A DNA stretch of 64,000 nt from NCBI RefSeq assembly GCF_000150275.1, contig NW_002060953.1, positions 1,399,693 through 1,463,692 on the forward strand, read 5' to 3'. This stretch comes from Trichoplax adhaerens. Its lineage: Eukaryota > Animalia > Placozoa. Each line of letters starts with the position of its first letter. Within the stretch, counting starts at the first letter, position 1. The notes beneath the pieces were generated by a model that saw nothing but the letters and a program-made list of their open reading frames with translations, did not search any database and had not been told where the DNA came from. Below, piece after piece: positions 39,773 to 50,707 of the stretch. A program made the position numbers and the translations under genes.

Positions 39773-42700
39773 AAATAAGAAAATCGTAAACAAACTTGAT
39801 CTTACCGAGATCGAGAACAAAAAAATGGAAGAGAGGCTATGTACCTTAAAGAGGGTAATGGAAAGAGAAAAAGAAGAAAGAATGTAAGTTTTTATCATAT
39901 TTTACTTGAGAATAAAATCCATCATATTACAAGATTAAATAAATTAATCAAGAGTACATTAAAATCCCAATATGTTGTTAGGCAAGCAAGGGTAAATGTA
40001 GTTATCGAAGATGATAGGGTAACAAATCTTGTAGAGTTATTTTGTACTTGACACCAATTCTAATCGATTTATTGAGACGATACTATTGAAAGAAATATTG
40101 TAGCCGACTACTGAATTTATGTATAAAATTCATATTGCTTTTTGATCGTCGACAGTGCTAACTGAAAGTTCTTAATAATAATTAGTCCACGCGGTAACAT
40201 AGATTCACCGCTAAATAATAAGTAAATTAAGTACTTTAGGTACTATTTCTCTCTTTCCGCTCTTGTTAACCGTAGCGATGCTTTATATATATTTTAGCAA
40301 AATGGGTGGATATCGTTGGCAGTCTGGTAAATTAGGCCCTCTTGCTTCTCATCCACATCAGATTTTGGAGGGAAACAAAGGGAAAAAAACGGTAAATCAT
40401 TAATGACGAGGGATGTATATTGTAGTGAATCAAGTCTAACTGCTACTTATTAGAAAAGAAATACAACTATTGGTTGTATGTGTAAGGCAGACTAGGATAA
40501 TAAAATGAAATTTTTAATAACAGCCATATTCATTTCAATTCTATCACAGACGACACGGCAGCGAAAATTAAAAATGTTGAGAGATGAAGATACTAGTAAG
40601 TTTAGAACCATCTTTTAAGGCTGTTAATTCAGCATGTTAAAATAACTTTAATTTTATTTCTATATTTGACTCGTCTCTACGTTATTATGCGTTATCTCGA
40701 AGCTTTTGTAAGAAAATTAAGCGTATTCAATCGCTGAGCACGTCAAGCTTATGTCGGATTTATCGTTTTATTTAGTGGATGTAGTTAAATCGGAAAGAAT
40801 TGAAAAATTTAGCAGCGACTCTGACTATAAATCTGACAGCAGTCCGATCAAGGACCTACACTTGGTATGTGTAACTATTTTAGGCTGATATTAATACTAA
40901 AATATTAAAACTAAAATATTGGTGTTGCTTAGCATTTCAAATCGTATTAAAGTTTTATTCCTTAGATATTTTACTGTATTTTAAAAAAGTATCTAGATAA
41001 TAGCTATAATTTCTTGATAAAAAGCTTTCGTCTTATCAGACACTTAATCAGTTTATTACTCCATTTCTGATATGTGTTTGTAGTCTTCGGGACAATCATA
41101 TGACAGTATTAAACAGACGTCACTGCCTTTGCGAAATCCAGACAAAAGGTATCTATGCCGCATTTCGTATAAGATCTACTTCCTATTTCTCATGACTTAT
41201 GAAAGCACTTTGGAGTCATAAATGGAAGAAAATATTTTTGTAGACTGCCTTAAGAGTTAATTTACATATATAATTGAATCATCTTGTTAATCATTAATGA
41301 ATTGATTATATAGTACTTTGAGTCTTCGTTGTGATGGGATTGTTCATTAACGAAGTCCAAAAAACACTAATTTTATCAACTCATCTTTTACTTTCTTTCT
41401 TTAGTCCAAGCCCAGCTCAGCTTCAGAGCAAGGTAAGCTAACTAGACATAGCTAATTGCGTGTAAACAAGAGATAATAAATCAAAGGCCATTTTAATATC
41501 CGTAATTTTAGCACGATATTCACGATATCAAATAGGATTAATTTTATTTTAGCTCCTAATTAAGTAAAAGTACTACGCTGATTAAAATTACAAATATTTG
41601 GTTACTTTTGCAGATTCCTAGGAGAATAGGATTGAAAGACAACATGTCCACATCCTACGTAAAACCGAAAATTAATAACATTTCTTACGACACTAAAATA
41701 TTGAATGCAGTAAAAACTAATTCATTGCTGTACGGCAATTACGACGAAAAAGAAAGTGCTAACTCTTTTCAGCAGGCGCTATTAGAATGGCGATCTGGCA
41801 GTAATAGTAATAAAAGCAACCCACCGACTACGAAAAAAGCAAAAAATGCTCCGACATCCGTTGGTTAGCAAATACAAATTTATTTAGTAACATTTGCCAT
41901 ATAATTTTGCTTTGCGTATTTAACCATCAATTTCATATGTCTTTATCAATTCTAGGCATTACAGTTAATTCTATCCTTGCTCGTCCTGAGTTTACCCCGG
42001 AACAAATTAAATTTAAACGTGATAATTTAAGTTATATGGAAAGATTAATGTTGAAAAAATTGCGTAAAAATAGAATTACTAAGCTAGATGTGGGACAGAA
42101 CGAAACGAAAAGCAGTCCTACATCGCGCGTCTCAAGCCCAGAGCCTAAGATCAATTTACTGTCTGATGAACCATACTTCACAAAACATTCACAGAAAGAA
42201 AAGGTTATTCTATCTCCTCTAAGAAATTCTAAATCTTTAGACTTTTCCGATATTCATAAGAAATCCAACGTTAAAGCAGAGCACAATTACGAACAAGCTC
42301 CTTCAAAAGAAACAACAACCAGTAAAAAAAGTCCAAGGAAAGATTGTACAACTATAACGATAACTGCAGCAACTAGTGAATTATCTTTAACCGATGATAA
42401 AAATACTATTCTAAATCGTAAAGTATCAAAGTATACAGGATTAAGTGGGTTTTTCTTGGCCGGATTAGAAGATGGAAGCGCTGATAATGGAAACAAAGAA
42501 AATGATGTCAGCCAAAGCATTGAAGGCGGCCAGAGTACTACATTAAAATCAGGTCACTGGAAACCTCCTTCAAATGTATTTGGTGATAAGCCTGAATATA
42601 TTAACTGGGGTATTAATGATTATTTAAACGATCCAGTTCCCCGAAGTAAGAGCCCAACAGCCTATATGCAGGTTTGTAGCTATAGTCGGCAATTTCTTAT

Positions 42701-43133
42701 ATTTTAATGATTACTGTAATGTTAAATAATATAGCCCTCTTAAACGAAACTTTACTCGCATATTGCTTTAATGGCCTAAGTTGCCCATTACTGTGAATAC
42801 TTTTCAGTATTCTTAAACAGGAACACACATATACTGTATTACTGATCCAAACCATCAAACTGCATATTGTTAGACGAAAAATTTATCCTTTTCTTGGATT
42901 TTCATCAATAGGCTATCGATTTTTATTGCTTGTTTTACTTCAATTTGGAATTAATATATCTAAATAGTATCGTTGTATATTACGTCCATGATATCTTGTA
43001 GGTCCATCGCGTATCTAGTACGTCTCCCTTACCGCTTGATTTACAGCCTCCAAACGACTGGTCCGATGAAGAAGATAGTCTTGTTATTAATAAAACCGAA
43101 CAAATTGATATGAAAAAAGTAGAAAAAATTTAG
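39773..43133 (+). CDS. ZBBX: ZBBX-like protein (zinc finger B-box domain-containing family), at least 9 exons, about 510 aa plus an unresolved N-terminus, B-box not found
   Basis: Phase-consistent GT-AG exons: 39773-39883, 40298-40391, 40550-40595, 40776-40864, 41084-41148, 41405-41432, 41614-41863, 41956-42671, 43002-43133 (TAG). Five blocks match human ZBBX as recalled, in the same order: EIENKKMEERL..LK..MEREKEER..GGYRWQSGKLG; RKLKMLRD; SLLYGNYDEKESANSFQQALLEWRSG; LSYMERLMLKKLRK; YTGLSGFFLAG. The first exon is uncertain. Phase-2-compatible candidates end at 39669 or at about 37715, the latter lying across the gap. Confidence 0.85.
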
Positions 43134-45812
43134 CCGGATGCTCAAGATGAAGTCGTATTCTAATCTATCCTTTCTATGTTGAACAGAAATTCTATAGCTC
43201 GATAATTTAATTACTTAAAAATTTGATAAAGAGGACAAAAATTCAGACAGTGTCATCGTTTCGGTCAATGTTGCCTTCCTTAGAATGTAATACTTTCTGA
43301 TTCTGATTACTATTGAAAGCAGCTTTATTGCCATCAATATTGGATCATTTAATGTATAGAGTAGGTATATAAAAATGGGTGGTAAAAGTAGGCTACTAGA
43401 TCTAAAATTGGCAAACAGTCTTGCAATAACCAAATTCCTTCTCAGATTAAGATAATTTTAGTTAATCATACGAAATTATAAATACCTCAATGTTTAAGTT
43501 TACAATAAAAGTATCGATAGCATCGGATCTTGACGGACGAGAAAAACAGAAATCATTTAATTGTAATTTATAACCCATTTGTCTTAATATTCATTTTTTT
43601 CCTGGACAATTTTATTTTGGCAATAGTGTTAAGAGGATTTGGATCAACTTTTTAACGTTCGAAAATTATTGAAGTTATCAATCCTTATCTCTACCTTTAT
43701 CATTAATTTTCCACTATTTAACTGCAACTTGTATTGCTTTTCGAATAAAACAACTTTCTATTCATGGCATTAACATACTTTTTGAATACTTGCACAAATT
43801 GTTAAACAGGTCAATAAAACAACATGAATCACTAGTTTATTCATTTCCGAAGCAGGTACAAATGATCTTGAATTGCTAAATTCTTGCCTGTATATTACCA
43901 GCTCTGCAATGTAGGTAAAATTTTCAACTGATCGCGAATCAAAGCAGATAATGAGCCCAGTAGCTATCTATGATCAAATGGTGCTGGCCTTAATGATGTC
44001 AAGGTTTATTTATCCGTCGTTGAGATCAAAGATATTTTTGATTCCGATTTCATAGTAAAGTAATTCATCGGAGTACATAATACATCTCATTTGCAAAATA
44101 ACTAAAAGAAAATATCCATTTAGTAAATTTGAGTAGTTAGTTAGTAATTCATTCGGTATATGCACACGTAGAATTGTTGTTGATGCTGGTGCAACTAATT
44201 TAAGTTAACAAAAACCTATCGCATTGGTTACCTGTAGAAGTTGTTTTTAAACATTCATCTCAACTACTTCAGGCAGAGCTACAGTGACTTTAATTTACTA
44301 TTAGTTACTGACTCTCCTCTACAGTGATATTCTATGAGCAACATTAGAATAGCAAGTGCATAAAATAAATTATTATCAATAGTACTTTAGGAATAAAAAA
44401 CTTGTCAAGCCTAGCAGTTCACTCCTCAACAATAATCCGAAATTGCATGACTCGATTACTCTGTATCACGATTATCAAGGAAAATGAAATACAATTTAAG
44501 CTGTGACGATATCAACAACTGGATTTGATTCCGTCCATTTTACTTCGATCAAATATTATTTATATTTATTATTATTATCACTAGCTGAAACACAATCATA
44601 ACGTACAATCGTAATGTATAACGGCAACCTATTCTACACATTCCTGTAAGACAGGATGGCATACAAATACAGAAGTATGCCTTTACAATTCATCAGCAAT
44701 AAATCATAGAATTCAGACTCTAGATAGGAGCAATCAATGGCAAATTGCGACAGATTTTCGAATGAAGCTATGTTGTTAATTTAAGACGAAGCTTTGAAAA
44801 GAGCTTGCAAAAAAATGTTACATCATTCGTTCAGAAATTAAGGACATCTTGCGACACAAGAACAAGAACTAATTAGTGCAACGTCGAAACAAATCAAGGA
44901 TACTAAATATACGTTAACACTTAACAGTCACTACTTCTACACCACACAATCTAATATCTGCACTGCACTGTTGACGTTGTAACCCAAAGAGGCGATGGAG
45001 TCTGTGTCAGGTAGCCAATTTGGAATTGCGACTTCAGTACGGTGCCCAATTTTACACCTTTAGTAGAAGTTGGCAATATCCATTAAGATACATATTACAT
45101 CATTGTTTCAGATATTACTAGGAAGAAAGTAACCCTCTCCGACCACGATGCATTTCTGACGTCAATTTCAAGCATTTATGCTATCAGCCTTCAGCCATGA
45201 TTCAACTAACAGCGGACGTTACAGAACATGTTTAATTAACCTAATATCAGGTAACATCCTACACATACACAATACAAAAATATATCTAGCCATGTCCGTA
45301 TTTAAAGTAATGGTCTAAAAGTAATACAACGATGGTGCGATGAAGATATAATATAGGATTCACAACCATGGAGGTAAGATTTGTATTTGAGTATTTTTCG
45401 ATTCAGAGCATTACGTCATTGATTGGGTCATGCTCTTACCAATGTCAAGAATTGTTGCAAACTCACGACTGTTACCTATATTCAATACTATAGAAGTTGA
45501 AAGCTAGCGCGTCCACCTAGTACAGCAGTGGTCCAGACAGCGTACGTTAACCACTTACTGTATGGACAGTTGTTGGTTTGTACTGGAGGTAGATGGCACG
45601 AATCAAAATTGATTTTCTATCGATAATAACATTAATGTGATCTACTTCTAAGCTACATACAGGGAAAATCATCTGATAATCATACATTCACACTATGTTG
45701 ATATATTTTAAATCTTTAGTAAGTAAGACTTTCGGTTATAATACGCTCGCTTGATTTTGCAAACACTTTGATGAGTTCTCCGTCCTTTCGCCATCAGTGA
45801 GTCATGACGTTC

Positions 45813-45983
45813 CTAAAAGCTTTCGCCTCTTTGCCTTCTAGCGTAACATCCGACGCAAGCACAGATACCCATAATGCCAATGATCAACCCAAGAATGAGT
45901 GCTACTGCATCACCACCATCGAAAGCGCTGACTTGGCTTATACAACATAAAATGAAAAAGATTAAAGATGACAAGTACAACAT
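45813..45983 (-). CDS. SMIM30: SMIM30-like small integral membrane microprotein (56 aa)
   Basis: Minus-strand translation MLYLSSLIFFILCCISQVSA-FDGGDAVALILGLIIGIMGICACVGCYARRQRGESF*, with Kozak GCCATG. Signal-peptide-like segment, then a TM helix and a basic tail. GDA.AL.LG....I.GICAC.G.YAR matches human SMIM30 as recalled (GDAIALLLGVVLSITGICACLGVYARKR). Below the 60-aa cut-off of the ORF track. Confidence 0.92.
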   Translation of the reverse strand: MLYLSSLIFFILCCISQVSAFDGGDAVALILGLIIGIMGICACVGCYARRQRGESF

Positions 45984-46104
45984 GGCGAGCACGCTTCGGC
46001 TTGATCTCGGTGAGGATATAAAGATTCTCGGAGATACGGTAGATGCTGGACACTAAACGCGGGTTCAGGTCGACGCTGGCTATATACCGTCTACCAGTGG
46101 CAGT

Positions 46105-46295
46105 ACGATACTGTAGTCATGCAGTACAGTACAGTACAAAATCGAACGCCAATGCTTGGCGTTAGTGCGAAGCAGCAATACTATACAGTACATTGTGTAC
46201 ACTGTACAGTACAGTACAGTACAGTAGAGTACGGTGCATAAAGCTTACACCTACAGTGTACAGTACTATCCACAGTATATAGTACTGTACTGCGT
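46105..46295. repeat. (TACAG/CTGTA)n-rich simple repeat block immediately upstream of the SMIM30-like gene
   Basis: gtacagtacagtac (about 46124-46137), actgtacagtacagtacagtacagta (46201-46226), agtactgtactg (46281-46292). Confidence 0.85.
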
Positions 46296-46419
46296 AAAGT
46301 GCCGTATCAGTATCATCATGATCATCCTACAGTTCAGTATGACTTAATCACATCACATATTAATCACGTGTTTCCTTGCATTTCCCGGCGTCCACTGCCA
46401 TTGTGCAATGTGCATGTAG

Positions 46420-46552
46420 GACAGTCTAGTACTGTACTGTATGATGTCACTAACTTAGTACAGTACTCTACTGTACACTGTACACCTGTTGTTTTCCACT
46501 GCACTACTGTACTGGACAACTAAGTCCAGTTCAGGAACGAATATACTGTACT
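46420..46552. repeat. Looser (CTGTA/TACAG)n block
   Basis: agtactgtactgta, agtacagtactctactgtacactgtacac, actactgtactg, tatactgtacta. Confidence 0.7.
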
Positions 46553-46792
46553 AGACTAAAAAATAAAGAAACGGGACTGCCAATGGGTGTTGACTATACT
46601 AATACAGTCATGTGTAAGCTGATGAATGATTTGAATCGTATGCCAGTGTAACGGCACCGTCCGCGATGGAGATCTAAATTAGCGAGTAGGTTGGTTTTGT
46701 GTAGTATGGTATACGGTTTCATGAATACCGTATAGTAGAATGACCGGGAAAATGATATCCTCGGTCAAGCTCCCACCCTGGACGGCGGACGC

Positions 46793-47015
46793 ATGTACAC
46801 TGTACAGTACGTACTGTACAGTACAGCACACTCAAAGTACTGTACAATACAGTACAGTACTGCTAAGTCTACAGTACAGTACTGTAGACACCAAAATGTA
46901 CTGTGCAACATGGAACATGTACAGTACAGTACTAACTGCATACAGTACTGTACTGTACTGTACTGTACTGTACTGTACTCCGAACGGTATTATTCCTTAC
47001 AATGCTGTACTGTAC
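46793..47015. repeat. Palindromic (TACAG/CTGTA)n block upstream of 2-TM gene A
   Basis: Perfect 24-bp palindrome ACTGTACAGTACGTACTGTACAGT (46799-46822), several TACAGTACTGTA palindromes and a (GTACT)n run at about 46945-46979. Confidence 0.9.
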
Positions 47016-47401
47016 CGTAAAAAGGTGTAAATCCAAATCGAACCAATCGTTTTATCAACAAGCAAGCAATCGTTGTTGGTTAGTATTAGTAACAAATAAT
47101 TATTTCTTACAATAGATGAAGTAATATCATCAAGTCAATCGGCTGTTCCAAACTGCTTCTTTCCACATCGACCATAGCGCCTGATCGTATTGAAGAAATT
47201 GAAGAATATTATTGACTACTTCATAATTTTGGGCAATCCGTTTCGGTAGCCCATACCAGCGGCAATTTTAATCTTGATAAGCGTAACAAGAAGTTGAGGC
47301 TTATTCTGCAACTGGTAACAGCACTGAACGTCTACAATTGTAAACGCACCGATTGGTTGATCCATAAAAATTGACTATCTTCCTAGTTTTCAGCATTCGC
47401 C

Positions 47402-47896
47402 ATGGCGGAAAAACTAGGTGCGATCGCTGGGATTTGTTTAATTTTATTTTGTGTAGGCGCAGTTGGCTTTTACTTTTGCTTGGATACTGTTATGAAGATG
47501 TCTGAATTGAACACATACAAAGCGATGCAATGCTCATACCAGGACGGTAGAATTATGGATTCACCTTATCGGCAGGCAGTTGTTGATGCCGCTGCCTTTG
47601 AAAAGAATGCCAGTGATATTTTTGCAGATGTTACAATCGCCTATCCATATTCACAGTACATGTACGCCAACAATGCTTCATTATACGAATTTTTAACTCT
47701 TTGGCAAACGAGCACTGCTAGATCGTGTTATGTAGATGTCAAATCGAATAGCACGCGAAAGCCGGCGGTTCCGGGCCCGTTTGATAGTGCGACATCTAGT
47801 ATCATTATAATAAGCATGATCACCTGCATACTATCTCTATGTGGAAGTTCGTTTGGTTTACTGATGATTGTGAAAGCAAAACTGACCATGAAATAA
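47402..47896 (+). CDS. Uncharacterised two-TM membrane protein, paralogue A (164 aa), KCNMB/TipE/DUF3592-like topology
   Basis: Kozak GCCATGG, single exon. N-terminal TM, about 100-aa loop with two conserved Cys (CSYQDG, CYVD) and N-glycosylation sequons (NAS twice, NST), C-terminal TM and a basic tail. Colinear homology with 50708-51223. Confidence 0.85.
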   Translation: MAEKLGAIAGICLILFCVGAVGFYFCLDTVMKMSELNTYKAMQCSYQDGRIMDSPYRQAVVDAAAFEKNASDIFADVTIAYPYSQYMYANNASLYEFLTLWQTSTARSCYVDVKSNSTRKPAVPGPFDSATSSIIIISMITCILSLCGSSFGLLMIVKAKLTMK

Positions 47897-50056
47897 GTTA
47901 GTGTTAACTGGCCAGTTATCACTGATCTTCCGATTTGGATAGGTATCAGACCACGATAGCCATATCCAGTCAACCAAGTAGCGAACCGTACGCAATATTC
48001 ATTGTCTAATTCACTTAAGATGGAATGTATCAGTGTACGATCCGTTGTTTGAATTAATTTGCATCAGTAGTTTAGGGCATTTTAGTTTGTAAATAAGAGC
48101 CATTTAGAATTACTATTTATTTTTAAGCAATAGTGCTCCGTTGATGCACTGAGCTCTTATCCACTTTGTCAGAGATTTTTTCTTATTTACTGGCACAGTT
48201 TGCAATCGTACTACTCACGTCTGTACTTGTACTTTTTAATTCCTACAACATATATATCCTATGTACTGAAAAGTATACGCATATGCTGAGACGGACAAAA
48301 CTATTTCAATATAGTAGATTCTGTACTATGTAAAAATTAAATGTTGGCTAATTTATACGAGAATTAGATGAATGTTTTTATAATGTTAATGTAATTCAAA
48401 CATAAAAAATAGATTGTCGGTTACGCCGGCATGTCATATACGTATTCAGTACACAAAGATTTCAAATTTTTTCAATTATCATTTGAAGACTACTGTACGA
48501 TGCTTTCACATACTAAAAATGCAGAGGGTACACTCGTACACTTATTTAATTTCATACGTTAATATTCTCTTATCTTTTGAATATCATTTTCGGACAACGT
48601 CGAATGAAGCAATTTTAAGTCATGCTTATTTATATTGGATCAGTTCGGCATACCTGACCTTACTAATGCTTCCTTTACATAATCCGCAATGGACTATTAT
48701 GATAACGTTTGCTATCGTCATAGTTAACTGTAAAATTATTATTTTTCTAATTTACTTGAATATTAAATCTAATGTTGGCTCTGTTTATCTAAACTTGAAC
48801 AATGTACAGTACGCACAGGAAATATAAGCAAACGCCTAAAAACTTTGTTTACGGCTGTACTCTGCTTTATTGTATGTATATGTAATCGTAATTAAAAATT
48901 TTCATAATAAGAATTGAGCGTGTTACTAGATGGTTATAGAGCACGTTAAAACTTTATTCATTAATTTACAATTCTATGTCTGAACTTGTCACTGCAATCA
49001 AATTATTCTACAATATTCTCGAAAAGCAGCGCATGCAATGTATAATAGCAAAGCTTTGAAAATTGGTAACCTGATAACTCAGAATTTTTTGAAAGACCGA
49101 GTACTGTAGAACTGGAAGAACATAACCAATTTGTGTATTTTGATTGACAGTCTTTGCCCTCTCGTCATCATTCTTGTGTCGTTTTCTGAGACGCTTATCA
49201 AGTTAACAGTAAATAAATACGGTCCACCCCTTGACTCGGAAATGTAGATTCCTTGTTAGACTGTAGAGTAAGATACTACAGTATAAGGCATTTTTAGTAC
49301 AAAGTCACAAAACTACTCTACACTAGAAACAAGGACTTATAAAAAGAGAAATCTATCTCCCTTTTTCTACCGTACCCTTACTGTATGCTGTAGTAGACTT
49401 AAGTGAATCGATGTTATATTACTATTATTATTATTCTTATTCTTATTTCGGCTATCAGCATTTTATCTGTTAGCTGCATTAATTAATTAATTATTTGAAG
49501 TTTATTTAAGATGAAGGAATACTGTTTATCAGATCATGGGGTACTGGAAAAAGACTTGGACGGACAGACATTTTCGACTTTGTCAAAATATTGTGTCCAA
49601 AGACTTCATTATGAGAGTGCAGTACTACAGTATGGAGACGGCCCATTCTGAATGGACTGATTATTACTAAATTAATTAATATTACACTGAATCTTATTGT
49701 CAGTGACCATAGTTTCAGCTTGGAAACAACTCTATAAGATGGTAAATATTATGACTTATTCACTACCCGTCATTGAGAAACAGACCCGTAAGAACCATAC
49801 TATAGTAATTAGTCATTTTAGCCATTTACGTTGTCATTTAGCATTTGGCAAGGGAAAGTCCGTCCGCCACTGAGAAGTGATTAGTCCTGGTCTTTTTCTG
49901 GTAGTCCCTATATGTGGTCTATCCACGAGTGTTAGCAATACACTATGGCAATAGCGGTAGCTTGCTGCTGTTGTAAAAAAATCTCATACTGTTCGAACGG
50001 TAATTTTTTCCACTACAGTAGTCTGTCCGTCTCATTTTGCCAGCGCAAAATTCACT

Positions 50057-50345
50057 CACGTTATACTGTACTGTACAGTGTACAGTGTACAGTACGTCCT
50101 TACAGTACATCACATCGTACTGTACTGTACTGTACTGTACATTTCTCGTTGTACTGTACAGTACAGTACAACAGTAAGAATTTAGTATACTGTACATGTA
50201 CTGTATGCTGTAGTCTGTCCGGGCGTACGTACGTATATAGTACGCAAGTGATACAGCGATATTGCGGGTATGACTGCCGTGTTGCCTATTTACCCAAATT
50301 CCGGTTAAAACGTTATTCATCCTTTTAACGCTGTACTGTAGAAAG
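50057..50345. repeat. Palindromic (TACAG/CTGTA)n block upstream of 2-TM gene B
   Basis: tactgtactgtacagtgtacagtgtacagtac, (GTACT)n at about 50117-50140, 16-bp palindrome TGTACTGTACAGTACA (50150-50165), gcgtacgtacgta and gctgtactgta. Confidence 0.9.
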
Positions 50346-50707
50346 TCCTTCGAACTGAACTAGTGTAGGCACGTTATACTGGGATAGGATAAGCGTTCTC
50401 GGTCAAGGCCAATCCTCCGTCTTTCACCGAACAGACTGGATTGCACTGATGTCCTGAAATTCTCCACTTCAAGGGTATTTTATCTAGTCATTTATTTAAA
50501 ATATTATTATTTACTAAAAGAAAGTCGCGATAAAGCCTTTATCTAATGAACTGTCTGGTTTGTAAATCCAGAAAAGTCAACACAGCATTGTTCTTCAAGC
50601 ATCCAAGTTATTGATTGTATTGGAATATTAATTAACTGTTCAAGAAGGAAATATAGTCTATCAACAACGTTGGTGGATCCCGGATACTCCACAGCAACCT
50701 GGTCAAA

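Noticed and set aside
39839-40051. 70-aa ORF MYLKEGNG...
   Set aside because: Wrong frame of a ZBBX-like exon reading on into the intron. The conserved frame is EIENKKMEERL.
45874-46056. 60-aa plus-strand ORF in the track (MPMINPRM...)
   Set aside because: Antisense shadow of the SMIM30-like CDS on the minus strand.
46299-47030. ORFs rich in YSTV/TVLYC (46299, 46740, 46793)
   Set aside because: Translations of the stop-poor (TACAG/CTGTA)n repeat, with no protein-like features.
48414-48827. 137-aa ORF between the 2-TM genes
   Set aside because: TTG start, AT-rich I/L/Y/N-biased composition and no family motifs, so probably a chance ORF.
49943-50328. Overlapping plus and minus ORFs of about 125 aa
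   Set aside because: Same repeat artefact: the palindromic pentamer keeps frames open on both strands.
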